Shown here one piece after another: positions 27,366 through 36,547 of a DNA stretch of 64,000 nucleotides; position 1 is the stretch's first letter, and every line of letters starts with the position of its first letter. A program made the translations under genes and the position numbers. Origin of the DNA: Gammaproteobacteria bacterium (lineage in GTDB: Bacteria > Pseudomonadota > Gammaproteobacteria > SZUA-152); contig JAOUJW010000003.1 of NCBI GenBank assembly GCA_029882975.1, forward strand, positions 67,090 through 131,089, read 5' to 3'. The notes under the pieces are model-generated. The model was not told the origin of the DNA. It did no database searches and saw nothing but the letters and a program-made list of their open reading frames with translations.

Positions 27366-29699
27366 ATGTCTAGTTATCCAAATAGTTTGTATAAATTTGG
27401 AAAAGGATTTCTTGCTGCTGCCATCGTCGCAGCGCCGCTAACAGTAACGCCGTTAACAGCAAAGAGTGCTGATGTGACACTGATTCAAGTGTCCGATTTG
27501 CATGGTAATTTGGTGCCACACGCCGGGGTTATTGAATCCGCAGGTGCACCGGATCGTTATGTTACCCAAGGCGGTGGTATGGCCAAGGTGGCAACGGTAG
27601 TCAACAGCATCCGTGCCAGTTCCCATGCGCACTTAACATTAGGGGTGGGTGACTCCCTTCACGGCAGTGCTGAGGTGCTGTTTACCATGGGCGATGCCAT
27701 TATGCCGGCCTTTAATGCTCTGGGGCTGGAGGCATACACGCCGGGTAACTGGGAGTTTGCTTATGGTCCGGCGGTTTTTCGAGCACGTTTTACCAATTTG
27801 TGTAAAGCCAATCCCAATTGGCAATTTCCCGGTCCGGGTAATAATCCAGGCAATAGTGTGCCGGGGCCCCATGTCTTATGCCCTATTGTGCCGCCCAATG
27901 CACGTGTGATGACCGACTCTGATGGTGTGCCAGGCGTGACGCCGGCCAACTTCGAGGTTTTGGCGAACAATTTGTACAATGGTGGTCCTTATCCCACAGC
28001 AGCACCGTTTTACGGTGACCGGCCTTTAAAGGCCTACAAGGTGTTTGAAAAAGGCGGTGTGAAAATTGGTGTTATCGGTATCACCGCTGCGATTGTGCCG
28101 CAACAACCTCCGGTATTCGGACGCACCTTTGAATTTACTCAGGGTATTGAAGAACTGCCTGCAGACATTGCGGCGGCAAAGGCGGCAGGGGCACAAATCA
28201 TCGTTGTCATGTCCGAGTTGGGCTTGCCGCAAAATGTGCAAATTGGCCGGGAATTTCCCGAAGTGGACGTTGTCCTATCCGCCCATTCTCATGAGCTGAC
28301 CTTAGGTGCCATTCTCGCGGACAGTAACGGTTTTGAAATGACCGCCCCTGGAACTGAATTGTCGGGTTCACAATTGGCGCGCCTGCAAAAGGGTGCAGCA
28401 GTCATTGTTGAGGCCGGTGAAGATTTATATGTAGGCCGTTTGGATCTGAAAATTTCTGACGGGAAAATCCAAAACATCGTATGGCAGGCCATTCCGGTCG
28501 ATGATGATGTGGTCGAAGATGCTACCGTGGCCGCGCTGGTCGCGGATCAGGAAAAATATTTTCTCGCCGGTACGGATTTCAAAACCCATACCTTTTTACC
28601 GGCGGCTTATTGCCGTAGTTTTGCCGCCCCCAATCCTTGCGATGCGGATGCCGATGGCGTCGTGCGCCGCGGCTTGCGCTTAACCGATCCTTTGGACTTG
28701 GTGGTAGGAACTACCGACGTGTTATTGCACCGTCATGAAGACCTGGAAGGCGTGATGAATAACTTTATTGCCGATGCCTTTAGAGGTACCTTGGAAGTGG
28801 CCGCCAAAAGTGCTCGTACGGAATGGGCCAATTTGGATGTGGTTTCCATGACCAACGGTTTTCGTTTTGATACGGTGGTGCTACCGGCGCACTTGGTGGC
28901 CGAAGGGCAAAGCTTTCGCGACGGTCGCAAGCCCGGTGAAGTGACTTTGCGCGACCTGTGGGGCTATTTTCCGGTTGCCGCAGGTATGGCTGCCGCAGAC
29001 TACAACGGTGTAGTTATCGAAGAGAATTTGAATAATATTTTGGCCAATGTATATGCGCCCAATCCTTACATTCAGCGCGGCGGTTGGTATTTAGGTTTGT
29101 CCAGCAATATGAAACAGCGGGTTGACGTGGTGCAGCGTCCGCTAAGCACCTCCGGTTCTCGCATCGTTGATACGCATATCAACGGTAAACTCATCGATCA
29201 CAGTAAGCGTTATATTATTGCTTCCTGCTACGGTCATACCTTTCCTATAGGCCGATCCTGCCGTGCCGAGGGTGGTGCCAATACCATTTTCTTTACCTTG
29301 GCCGACCCGGACAACTATAGCAGTGCTTTGGGGTTTGCCGATCCCATTCCCACACCGGCGGGACAACCTTTGATCGACAATAAAACGCCCAGAACTCCCA
29401 TATTCCGCGCAGCGCCGGATTATTATCTGCATCCGGTACACACCCTGCGACGGCATTTGGATGCCAGCGGTGGTTCTATCAATAATGCCAATCATGGCGT
29501 CGGTCGCGTGGTTCACGTGAATTCACGCCTGATTGATAATTGCGCCCCTCCAGCCAAACCCAATAAAGTCTGTGTCAACGATACCAAAACCTTCCTGGTG
29601 GATCCTATCGAGAATCACCATTACGAAGATGCTGTCGTTCAATCTATCGAAGGTCTTGGTCCTTCCTTCCTGGAACGCAATATTTCAGTAACTAAGTAG
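27366..29699 (+). CDS. Secreted bimetallic phosphoesterase of the 5'-nucleotidase/SoxB family (unusually long, 777 aa)
   Basis: Signal peptide present. Metallophosphatase motifs: LIQVSDLHGNL, GDSLHGSAEV, GNWEFAYGP (compare GHWEF in SoxB and GNHEFD in 5'-nucleotidases), SAHSHE. A Pro/Gly-rich insertion of roughly 120 aa follows the N-terminal lobe. The C-terminal half is substrate-binding-domain-like. Confidence 0.55.
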   Translation: MSSYPNSLYKFGKGFLAAAIVAAPLTVTPLTAKSADVTLIQVSDLHGNLVPHAGVIESAGAPDRYVTQGGGMAKVATVVNSIRASSHAHLTLGVGDSLHGSAEVLFTMGDAIMPAFNALGLEAYTPGNWEFAYGPAVFRARFTNLCKANPNWQFPGPGNNPGNSVPGPHVLCPIVPPNARVMTDSDGVPGVTPANFEVLANNLYNGGPYPTAAPFYGDRPLKAYKVFEKGGVKIGVIGITAAIVPQQPPVFGRTFEFTQGIEELPADIAAAKAAGAQIIVVMSELGLPQNVQIGREFPEVDVVLSAHSHELTLGAILADSNGFEMTAPGTELSGSQLARLQKGAAVIVEAGEDLYVGRLDLKISDGKIQNIVWQAIPVDDDVVEDATVAALVADQEKYFLAGTDFKTHTFLPAAYCRSFAAPNPCDADADGVVRRGLRLTDPLDLVVGTTDVLLHRHEDLEGVMNNFIADAFRGTLEVAAKSARTEWANLDVVSMTNGFRFDTVVLPAHLVAEGQSFRDGRKPGEVTLRDLWGYFPVAAGMAAADYNGVVIEENLNNILANVYAPNPYIQRGGWYLGLSSNMKQRVDVVQRPLSTSGSRIVDTHINGKLIDHSKRYIIASCYGHTFPIGRSCRAEGGANTIFFTLADPDNYSSALGFADPIPTPAGQPLIDNKTPRTPIFRAAPDYYLHPVHTLRRHLDASGGSINNANHGVGRVVHVNSRLIDNCAPPAKPNKVCVNDTKTFLVDPIENHHYEDAVVQSIEGLGPSFLERNISVTK

Positions 29700-29707
29700 T
29701 TTGTTCA

Positions 29708-29747
29708 CACCCCGCGGGTTCATAGGAACCCGCGGTTTTCTTTTTAC
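29708..29747 (+). terminator. Rho-independent terminator
   Basis: 10-bp stem ccgcgggttc-atag-gaacccgcgg followed by ttttcttttt. Confidence 0.7.
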
Positions 29748-30313
29748 CTTGATTCATTACCCAATTCTTTGTTAGCTTGCAGCAGCAATGCTTAGTTCGT
29801 GCACCATCGTAGATACCATCTTACTCACATTGTCACAAGCCCCAAAACAACTGAGCATCGTTGTATATTTGGGTAAGCCGACTAGAACGGGGCCATGGGT
29901 GTTCCCCAACCGCGGAACGCCGTGAATACGTCCATGTAGGCTCGGCAGCGGCATCCATGCCGCTGACGTCCGCTTTTGGGAAACACCCATACCCCACTTG
30001 TCGAACCACCATCGAAAGGGCTGGGTAAACGAGATAGTTTTTTGTAGGGTGGGCAAGCTTTTTTGCCCACGCGGGCGAAAGGTGGGGCTATTATACTGTT
30101 TCGTATTGCCATCTTAGTTCAAGTCACGATGCTGGCTGAGAGATGGGCATGTCGGATTACGTTGCACTAATCCAAGCTACAAATGTGCCAGTAGGAAAAG
30201 ATAGGGTTTCCATTCTGTTTCGAATGGTGATTTTTTCTAAGGTGCAGTAACGATAGATACTTTGTGAATGTCGCTAATTATAGGTTTGTGATTTAAGTGG
30301 GAACGACGAAGAT

Positions 30314-31315
30314 TTACCCCCCGGTCATAGACATAAATCTTACGACCTGCTGCGGTTTTTCCACAAACTCATGTTTTTCCGGTTTACGTCTTATGGCGTC
30401 CACAATAGCTTGTTCAATGTCGGTGTCGCTGGCGCCGGATCGCAACAGGGGGCGCAGTTCCACTTTGTCGTTTTGCCCCAGACACAAATACAGCGTGCCT
30501 TCGGCGGATAGACGTACGCGATTACAGCTGTCGCAAAAGTGTTGCGAGATAGGCGTGATGAAACCAATGCGTAACTCCGTGTCGGCTACCCGGACATAAC
30601 GAGCCGGGCCGCCGCCGTTCATTACGCTGGGAAGCAAACGGTACTTCTGTTCCAAGCGCGCTTGCACTTGCTCCAGGCTGATATAGTGGTCCGTGGCGTT
30701 TTGTCCTGTGTTGCCTATGGGCATGGTCTCAATAAAACGCAGAGTAAAATCGTGCGCTATGCAAAAATCTACCATGGCTTCGATTTCATCGTCGTTAACA
30801 CCGCGCATGACCACCATGTTGATTTTGATGGGTTTAAAACCCGCCTCTTTGGCCGCCATAAGGCCGGCCATGACTTTTTCTAATTTGCCGCCATTGGTAA
30901 TGGTTTTGAAACGTTCTGGCTGAAGGCTGTCCAGGCTCACATTAATGCGGCTCACGTTGGCCTGCTTGAGAGCATGGGCATGGCGTTGCAGTTGCACTGC
31001 ATTGGTACTTAAGGATAAATCGTCTATGCCCGGCAGGGCGGAGAGTTGTTGTGCCAGCTGTGGCAGGTTTTTGCGTAACAGCGGCTCGCCTCCGGTGATG
31101 CGAATGCGATTAACGCCCAAGCGGCCAAAAGCGCCGATTAAACGCTGGATTTCATCGGCGTTTAACCAATGTTCCGGTTCTTCAAAGCTTTTAAATCCCT
31201 TAGGCAAGCAATAGACACAACGTAAATCACAACGGTCGGTCACGGACAGGCGCACGTATTCAATACGGCGACCGAACGCGTCATAAAGTCCGTTGTTGTT
31301 GCTTTGCGAGCTCAT
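30314..31315 (-). CDS. moaA: GTP 3',8-cyclase MoaA (molybdenum cofactor biosynthesis)
   Basis: Radical-SAM N-terminal motif (YVRLSVTDRCDLRCVYCLP). C-terminal Cys cluster (CDSCNRVRLSAEGTLYLCL). Confidence 0.85.
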   Translation of the reverse strand: MSSQSNNNGLYDAFGRRIEYVRLSVTDRCDLRCVYCLPKGFKSFEEPEHWLNADEIQRLIGAFGRLGVNRIRITGGEPLLRKNLPQLAQQLSALPGIDDLSLSTNAVQLQRHAHALKQANVSRINVSLDSLQPERFKTITNGGKLEKVMAGLMAAKEAGFKPIKINMVVMRGVNDDEIEAMVDFCIAHDFTLRFIETMPIGNTGQNATDHYISLEQVQARLEQKYRLLPSVMNGGGPARYVRVADTELRIGFITPISQHFCDSCNRVRLSAEGTLYLCLGQNDKVELRPLLRSGASDTDIEQAIVDAIRRKPEKHEFVEKPQQVVRFMSMTGG

Positions 31316-31414
31316 AGGGCATCAGCCTGGGTTTTACCATGTGGTACTAAAAGCCTAGCACTTATATTGCCAAGTGTAGAAATATTTCGGGCCGAAACAG
31401 CTCGGCCCGGTAAG

Positions 31415-32389
31415 TTATACGGTCTGATAGTACATATTTTGTGGGTGATTGGCCTGGGCAAAAAAGAACCAGCGCTCCACCAATAAACCCAGGTATTGCA
31501 CGATAAATGCGGTGACATACAAGCCGGTGTTGTGGCTGGATAAGCCAATGCTTAAAAACAATACCGGTAAAGGAAAGACCATGATCAAGAATATCCATTT
31601 GACGGATTTTAAGAACAGCGCTGTTTTTCCATGGAAAAATTCTCGGGTGTTAAAAGTGCCACCCATGGCGCCCATGGCTTTTTGTTGAATATTAATGTGA
31701 CGTACGCCAATGGCGGACTTGAGGCTGGACTTGGCTTTCAGGCGCCGATTGCGCAGCAGTGATGCGCCGCGGGTGACCAGGGCAAGTAAGGTCAGGATAA
31801 TGGCCCAGTCGGCGTAATAGTCCACCAATTGAGAGTTGTTGCGGCTGGCGTATACGGTGCACAGGGTGTATCCGGAAGCCATACCCAGCAAGGTGTAATT
31901 GATGACGGTTAAGGGAGAATGCCACTCCTGTAAAAACTTAAGGCAAGCGTAGATCATGCCGGTGCAGACGTACAGGGCAAAACAGACCACCAGTCCGGCG
32001 ATTCCAATCAAAACGGTCAAGCGCACTTCGGGGATGGTAGCGGTGCCGAAAGTGGCCGGATTGATGTTGAAATAGTGCAATACGCCGTAAACAAACACCA
32101 ACAGCATAAACAAGGGCAGGGCGATGACTTCGCGGGATAACCAGGAAGTGCGCCATTGCGCCGCTGCGCGCCAAGCCCGCTCCGGATGTCCCAGATGAAA
32201 GAAAGAAGCAAACAGTCCGGCGATGAGAAAAATCATGGCCAACAGGGCGCCACCGCTGTAAAACTCACCGTTCTGCGGCGGTAAGCCGGACATAATGCTA
32301 TAGCTTTGCCCCAGCACCAGGGCCAGAAACAAACCCTGACCCACCCCAATCAAGGTGGTCAGGAAAACAACGGAAAATGGAGGATTCAT
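31415..32389 (-). CDS. NrfD/PsrC-family polytopic membrane anchor subunit (SoeC-like)
   Basis: About 8-9 predicted transmembrane helices over 324 aa. Third gene of the molybdoenzyme operon. Confidence 0.65.
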   Translation of the reverse strand: MNPPFSVVFLTTLIGVGQGLFLALVLGQSYSIMSGLPPQNGEFYSGGALLAMIFLIAGLFASFFHLGHPERAWRAAAQWRTSWLSREVIALPLFMLLVFVYGVLHYFNINPATFGTATIPEVRLTVLIGIAGLVVCFALYVCTGMIYACLKFLQEWHSPLTVINYTLLGMASGYTLCTVYASRNNSQLVDYYADWAIILTLLALVTRGASLLRNRRLKAKSSLKSAIGVRHINIQQKAMGAMGGTFNTREFFHGKTALFLKSVKWIFLIMVFPLPVLFLSIGLSSHNTGLYVTAFIVQYLGLLVERWFFFAQANHPQNMYYQTV

Positions 32390-32457
32390 TGTTTAACAAA
32401 CTCCTGTGAAAATTGTTCGGTATTTGGTGCGCACAATCGAGTTGGCCATATATCGTG

Positions 32458-33186
32458 TTACCATGACGTGGAATCCTCCAAATACGGCCCGTCGTCGTCC
32501 TGAGGCAACGGACCCTCCTTCTTGAGCGGGTTGTCCACACGCACCAGTTCGTCTTCGTGAATATGCTGCTTGGTCTTACGCCGGGGCAAATAGTGATTGG
32601 CCGGCTGAGTACCCCATTCGGGCATGAGCGCATAGCCGCCGTTTTCACGAATGGCAATGGATGCTTCCGAATTGGGGTCGTGTACATCACCAAAAATACG
32701 CGCACTGGTGGGGCAGGAGATAACGCAGGCCGGTCGGCGTTCCGTTTCAGGCAGCTCTTCATTGTAGATGCGGTCTACGCACAAAGTGCATTTTTTCATG
32801 ACTTTTTCGTGCTGATCCAACTCGCGGGCACCGTAGGGGCAAGCCCAGGAACAGTAACCGCAGCCGATGCACTTGTCGTAGTTCACCAGTACTATGCCGT
32901 CTTCTTTGCGTTTGTAGCTGGCGCCCGTGGGACACACGGGTACACACGGGGCGTCTTCGCAATGCAGGCAGCTCTTGGGAAAGTGCACCGTTTCCGTGTG
33001 GGGAAAGACGCCCACTTCATAAGTCTGCACTCGATTAAAGAAAGTGCCCGTGGGGTCTTTGGCGTAAGGATTGTCATCCGTCATCGGTCCTGCGGAACCG
33101 GAGGAGTTCCACTGCTTACAGCTGGTCACACAAGCGTGGCAGCCAACGCAGACATTTAAATCAATAACTAAAGCAAGTTGCGTCAT
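32458..33186 (-). CDS. Four-cluster [4Fe-4S] ferredoxin-type iron-sulfur subunit (DmsB-like; SoeB-like)
   Basis: Four Cys clusters: CVGCHACVTSC, CLHCEDAPCVPVCP, CIGCGYCSWACP, CTLCVDRIY..CVISCP. Start taken at MTQLALVIDLN, which leaves a 10-nt gap after the catalytic subunit gene. Confidence 0.75.
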   Translation of the reverse strand: MTQLALVIDLNVCVGCHACVTSCKQWNSSGSAGPMTDDNPYAKDPTGTFFNRVQTYEVGVFPHTETVHFPKSCLHCEDAPCVPVCPTGASYKRKEDGIVLVNYDKCIGCGYCSWACPYGARELDQHEKVMKKCTLCVDRIYNEELPETERRPACVISCPTSARIFGDVHDPNSEASIAIRENGGYALMPEWGTQPANHYLPRRKTKQHIHEDELVRVDNPLKKEGPLPQDDDGPYLEDSTSW

Positions 33187-33196
33187 GGCTGTTCCT

Positions 33197-36088
33197 TTAT
33201 TTACGTTTACCGGCAAAATACGCCAACCAGGGTTTGCGTTGCGGTTGGCCCGGCGTGGGTAACATGGGTTTAAACTGGGGTGAGGTGACCTGCGGTTCGT
33301 CCGCATTGGCTTTGTACACTTTCACTCGCACGTCATACCACGCCGCCTGTCCGGTTAAAGGGTCAGAATTGGATAGGCGCATGCCTTGGCTGTCTTCCGG
33401 CAGTTCTTCAGAGATTACATGGTTCAGCAAAAAGCCTTTTTGTGACTCATTGGCATCCGGGGTAAGGTTCCAGGCGCCGGCGGCTTTACCAATGGCGTTC
33501 CAGGTCCAAACGGTGCCCGGTTCCACCGCTTCTGAGAAGCGGCACATGCAACGGACTTTACCGTGCATGGATTCCACCCAAACCCAGTCACCGTCATTAA
33601 AACCACCTTTAGCACCCAGCGTGGGGCTCATATACAGATAGTTATGGGTGTGAATCTGACGCAGCCAGGCGTTTTGCGAATCCCAGGAGTGGTACATGGC
33701 CATGGGGCGTTGGGTTACCGCGCTCAAGGGATACGTGTGTTTGTCCGTGGCCTGTTGTTCCAAAGGCTCATAGAAAAACGGTAAAGGATCGAAATAGGTT
33801 TCGATACGCTCACGCAAACGTGCCGGGGGTTGTTTGCCCGGATATTTACCTTGAGCTGCCAGACGAAATTTTTGCAGCACTTCGGAATATATATGAATAT
33901 TGATAGGGTCCGAATGTCGGGTCATGTGGTGGTGTTTGGCCCATTCCAAATACCCTTTGTTCCAGTTGCGCATGTATTGATACGACTTGGGCAGTTCATA
34001 ATGAAACACGCAATTGTTTTTCTCGTACATTTCCCACTGCTTGGGGTTAGGTTCACCACGCAGGAATTTTTCGCCGCCTTTTCCGCGCCAGCCGGATAGA
34101 AAGCCAATACCGGAGCCTTTTTCAGTTTCATGGTTGATGATAAAGTCCGGGTAGTCGCGGTATTTGCGTTTGCCTTCCGGTGTAGTGAAAGCCGCCAGTT
34201 TCAATCGGGTTCCCAGTTCGATCAGCACTTCCTGAAAAGGTTTGCATTGACCTTTAGGGGGCAGAACCGGAATCCGCACAGAGTCTACAGGCCCGTCAAA
34301 TTCGGAGATTGGGCGGTCCAGCATGGACATAACATCGTGGCGTTCCAAGTAGGTGGTGTCCGGCAATACCAAATCGGCATAGGCCACCATTTCCGATTGA
34401 AAGGCATCGCAGACGGCAATAAAAGGAATCTTGTATTCTCCGTCTTCGTTTTTATCGTTAAGCATTTGCCGTACCTGCTCCGTGTTCATGGAGGAGTTCC
34501 ATGCCATATTGGCCATGAAAATGAGCAGAGTGTCGATGGAATAGGGGTCGCCGCGCCAGGCATTGGTGATCACATTGTGCATGAGTCCGTGTACGGACAG
34601 GGGGTATTCCCAGGAAAAGGCTTTGTCGATGCGAATGGGTTCGCCGTTGTCGTCCACAAACAAATCATTGGGGTCCGCCGGCCAACCTAAAGGCATGCCG
34701 CCCAAGGGCGAATTGGGTTTGACACCATTTGGTCCGTTGGGGGTTTTGGGGCACGGCGGTATGGGGCGAGGGAACGGGGCCTTATGGCGAAAGCCGCCGG
34801 GGCGGTCAATGGTTCCTAGGATGCTCATCAATATGGAAAGTGCTCGGATGGTCTGAAAGCCGTTGGAATGGGCGGCCAGTCCACGCATGGCATGAAAGGA
34901 TACGGGGTTACCGGTCACCGCTTCATGGTCATTGCCCCAGGCATCGGTCCAGGCAATGGGTAGTTCAATTTTCTCATCACGGGCGGTAATGCCCATTTCG
35001 TGTGCCAGGGTTACAATGTCTTTGACGGGAATGCCGGTGATGTCCGCTGCCCATTCGGGGGTGTAATTTTTGACCCTATCCGCCAGCAATTGAAACGCCG
35101 GTTTAACCGGGGTACCGTCTTCCAGGGTAAATTCCCCCAGCAGGAACGGGTCAGCGCCTTCAGTGTGGGTGCGTACGGCGGCGTCTGTGTTGCGATCCCA
35201 CCAGAGTTGGTCTTGTGGGTGAATTTTGCCCGCATCCTCTTCTTCGTCCAGGCGCATGAACATGCCGAATTCGTCATGGCTGCTGTTCTGGTTCACCAAT
35301 TGCGCCGCGTTGCTGTATTTGATCAGAAATTCTCGGTCATAGAGGCCGGTGTTGATAATTTCGTTGATCAAGGCCAGGATTAAGGCGCCGTCAGTGCCGG
35401 GTTTAATAGGTACCCACTGATCGGCAATGGCGGAATAACCGGTGCGAATGGGGTTGATGGAAATAAATCGGCCACCGGAACGTTTGAATTGGGATAGAGA
35501 GATCTTCAAGGGATTGGAGTGGTGATCTTCCGCAGTGCCGAACATAACAAACAGGCGCGAGCGTTCCAGGTCCGGACCACCGAATTCCCAAAAAGAACCG
35601 CCAATGGAATAAATCATACCCGCCGCCATATTGACGGAGCAAAATCCGCCGTGCGCCGCATAGTTAGGGGTGCCGAATTGTTTGGCGAACAAGCCGGTCA
35701 GGGCCTGCATTTGATCGCGCCCGGTAAACAGAGCGAATTTTTTCGGGTCGGTATTGCGAATGTGGCTTAAGCGTTTTTCCAGGATTTCGAAAGCCTCATC
35801 CCAGGAAATAACTTCAAACTCCGCGGCACCGCGTTCGGCGCCTTCACGGCGTTTCAGTGGCTGGGTCAGGCGCGCCGGGGAATATTGTTTCATGATGCCG
35901 GAGCTGCCCTTGGCACACAGCACACCTTTGTTGAGCGGGTGGTCCGGGTTACCTTCTATGTAACGGACTTCGCCGTCACGTAGGGTGACTCGGATACCGC
36001 AACGGCATGCACACATGTAACACGTGGTTTTTTTAACTTCAATGCTGCCCGACTCTTTCGGAGAGTTGTTACTGGTTTGGTTAGCCAT
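33197..36088 (-). CDS. Molybdopterin (Mo-bisPGD) oxidoreductase catalytic subunit without a Tat signal; best candidate SoeA (cytoplasmic sulfite dehydrogenase)
   Basis: 963 aa. N-terminal CxxCxxxC..C [4Fe-4S] motif (CYMCACRCGIRV..C). No twin-arginine motif in the N-terminus, so a cytoplasm-facing enzyme. Followed by FeS and NrfD-like genes, which is the SoeABC architecture. moaA is adjacent. Confidence 0.65.
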   Translation of the reverse strand: MANQTSNNSPKESGSIEVKKTTCYMCACRCGIRVTLRDGEVRYIEGNPDHPLNKGVLCAKGSSGIMKQYSPARLTQPLKRREGAERGAAEFEVISWDEAFEILEKRLSHIRNTDPKKFALFTGRDQMQALTGLFAKQFGTPNYAAHGGFCSVNMAAGMIYSIGGSFWEFGGPDLERSRLFVMFGTAEDHHSNPLKISLSQFKRSGGRFISINPIRTGYSAIADQWVPIKPGTDGALILALINEIINTGLYDREFLIKYSNAAQLVNQNSSHDEFGMFMRLDEEEDAGKIHPQDQLWWDRNTDAAVRTHTEGADPFLLGEFTLEDGTPVKPAFQLLADRVKNYTPEWAADITGIPVKDIVTLAHEMGITARDEKIELPIAWTDAWGNDHEAVTGNPVSFHAMRGLAAHSNGFQTIRALSILMSILGTIDRPGGFRHKAPFPRPIPPCPKTPNGPNGVKPNSPLGGMPLGWPADPNDLFVDDNGEPIRIDKAFSWEYPLSVHGLMHNVITNAWRGDPYSIDTLLIFMANMAWNSSMNTEQVRQMLNDKNEDGEYKIPFIAVCDAFQSEMVAYADLVLPDTTYLERHDVMSMLDRPISEFDGPVDSVRIPVLPPKGQCKPFQEVLIELGTRLKLAAFTTPEGKRKYRDYPDFIINHETEKGSGIGFLSGWRGKGGEKFLRGEPNPKQWEMYEKNNCVFHYELPKSYQYMRNWNKGYLEWAKHHHMTRHSDPINIHIYSEVLQKFRLAAQGKYPGKQPPARLRERIETYFDPLPFFYEPLEQQATDKHTYPLSAVTQRPMAMYHSWDSQNAWLRQIHTHNYLYMSPTLGAKGGFNDGDWVWVESMHGKVRCMCRFSEAVEPGTVWTWNAIGKAAGAWNLTPDANESQKGFLLNHVISEELPEDSQGMRLSNSDPLTGQAAWYDVRVKVYKANADEPQVTSPQFKPMLPTPGQPQRKPWLAYFAGKRK

Positions 36089-36547
36089 TTAGGGTTCCTG
36101 AATAAAGCAAACGAAAAGTATATATCAGAATATTCGCATATACCTAATCAGCAATATTGAGCGTGGAATAGAAAAATTATATTTACTACTCAATTGCCGT
36201 CTAAAGGGTAGGAATTTCAAGGTCTTTATCTATTCTAGCCTGGAAATGATGAATATAGGCTGACTAGTATGCAAAATCGTGTCAATTCTGTGAAACCTGA
36301 GACACAAAATCCACTACGACTTTTGAGGCCATGGTTGGAACTGAATAAGGTTGGAAGGAACGGGATTTATTAATTAATGGCTTTATTAAAAAGCCGAATA
36401 GCAATAACGGGCAATTGCGAATAGAATAGGCGGCGCAAATAATTTTCAGTCAACCTTTGCAAAACAAGAACATATTAACTGTAACTCCGAAAGCGGTAGA
36501 CAGTGGTTGACACAACTTTCGGTAGATACTGGAGGAGGGAAGCAATA

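Noticed and set aside
29772-30112. Two overlapping small minus-strand ORFs (94 and 76 aa) between the phosphoesterase terminator and moaA.
   Set aside because: No RBS, biased Arg/Pro/Gly composition typical of out-of-frame or noncoding GC-rich DNA, and no recognisable motif. Treated as intergenic.
33234-35963. Multiple plus-strand ORFs of 60-186 aa inside the SoeA-like gene, plus similar antisense ORFs inside the MCP, Hdr-like and sensor genes.
   Set aside because: They are fully embedded antisense to long, motif-rich genes. They arise from codon-bias mirroring and have no independent support.
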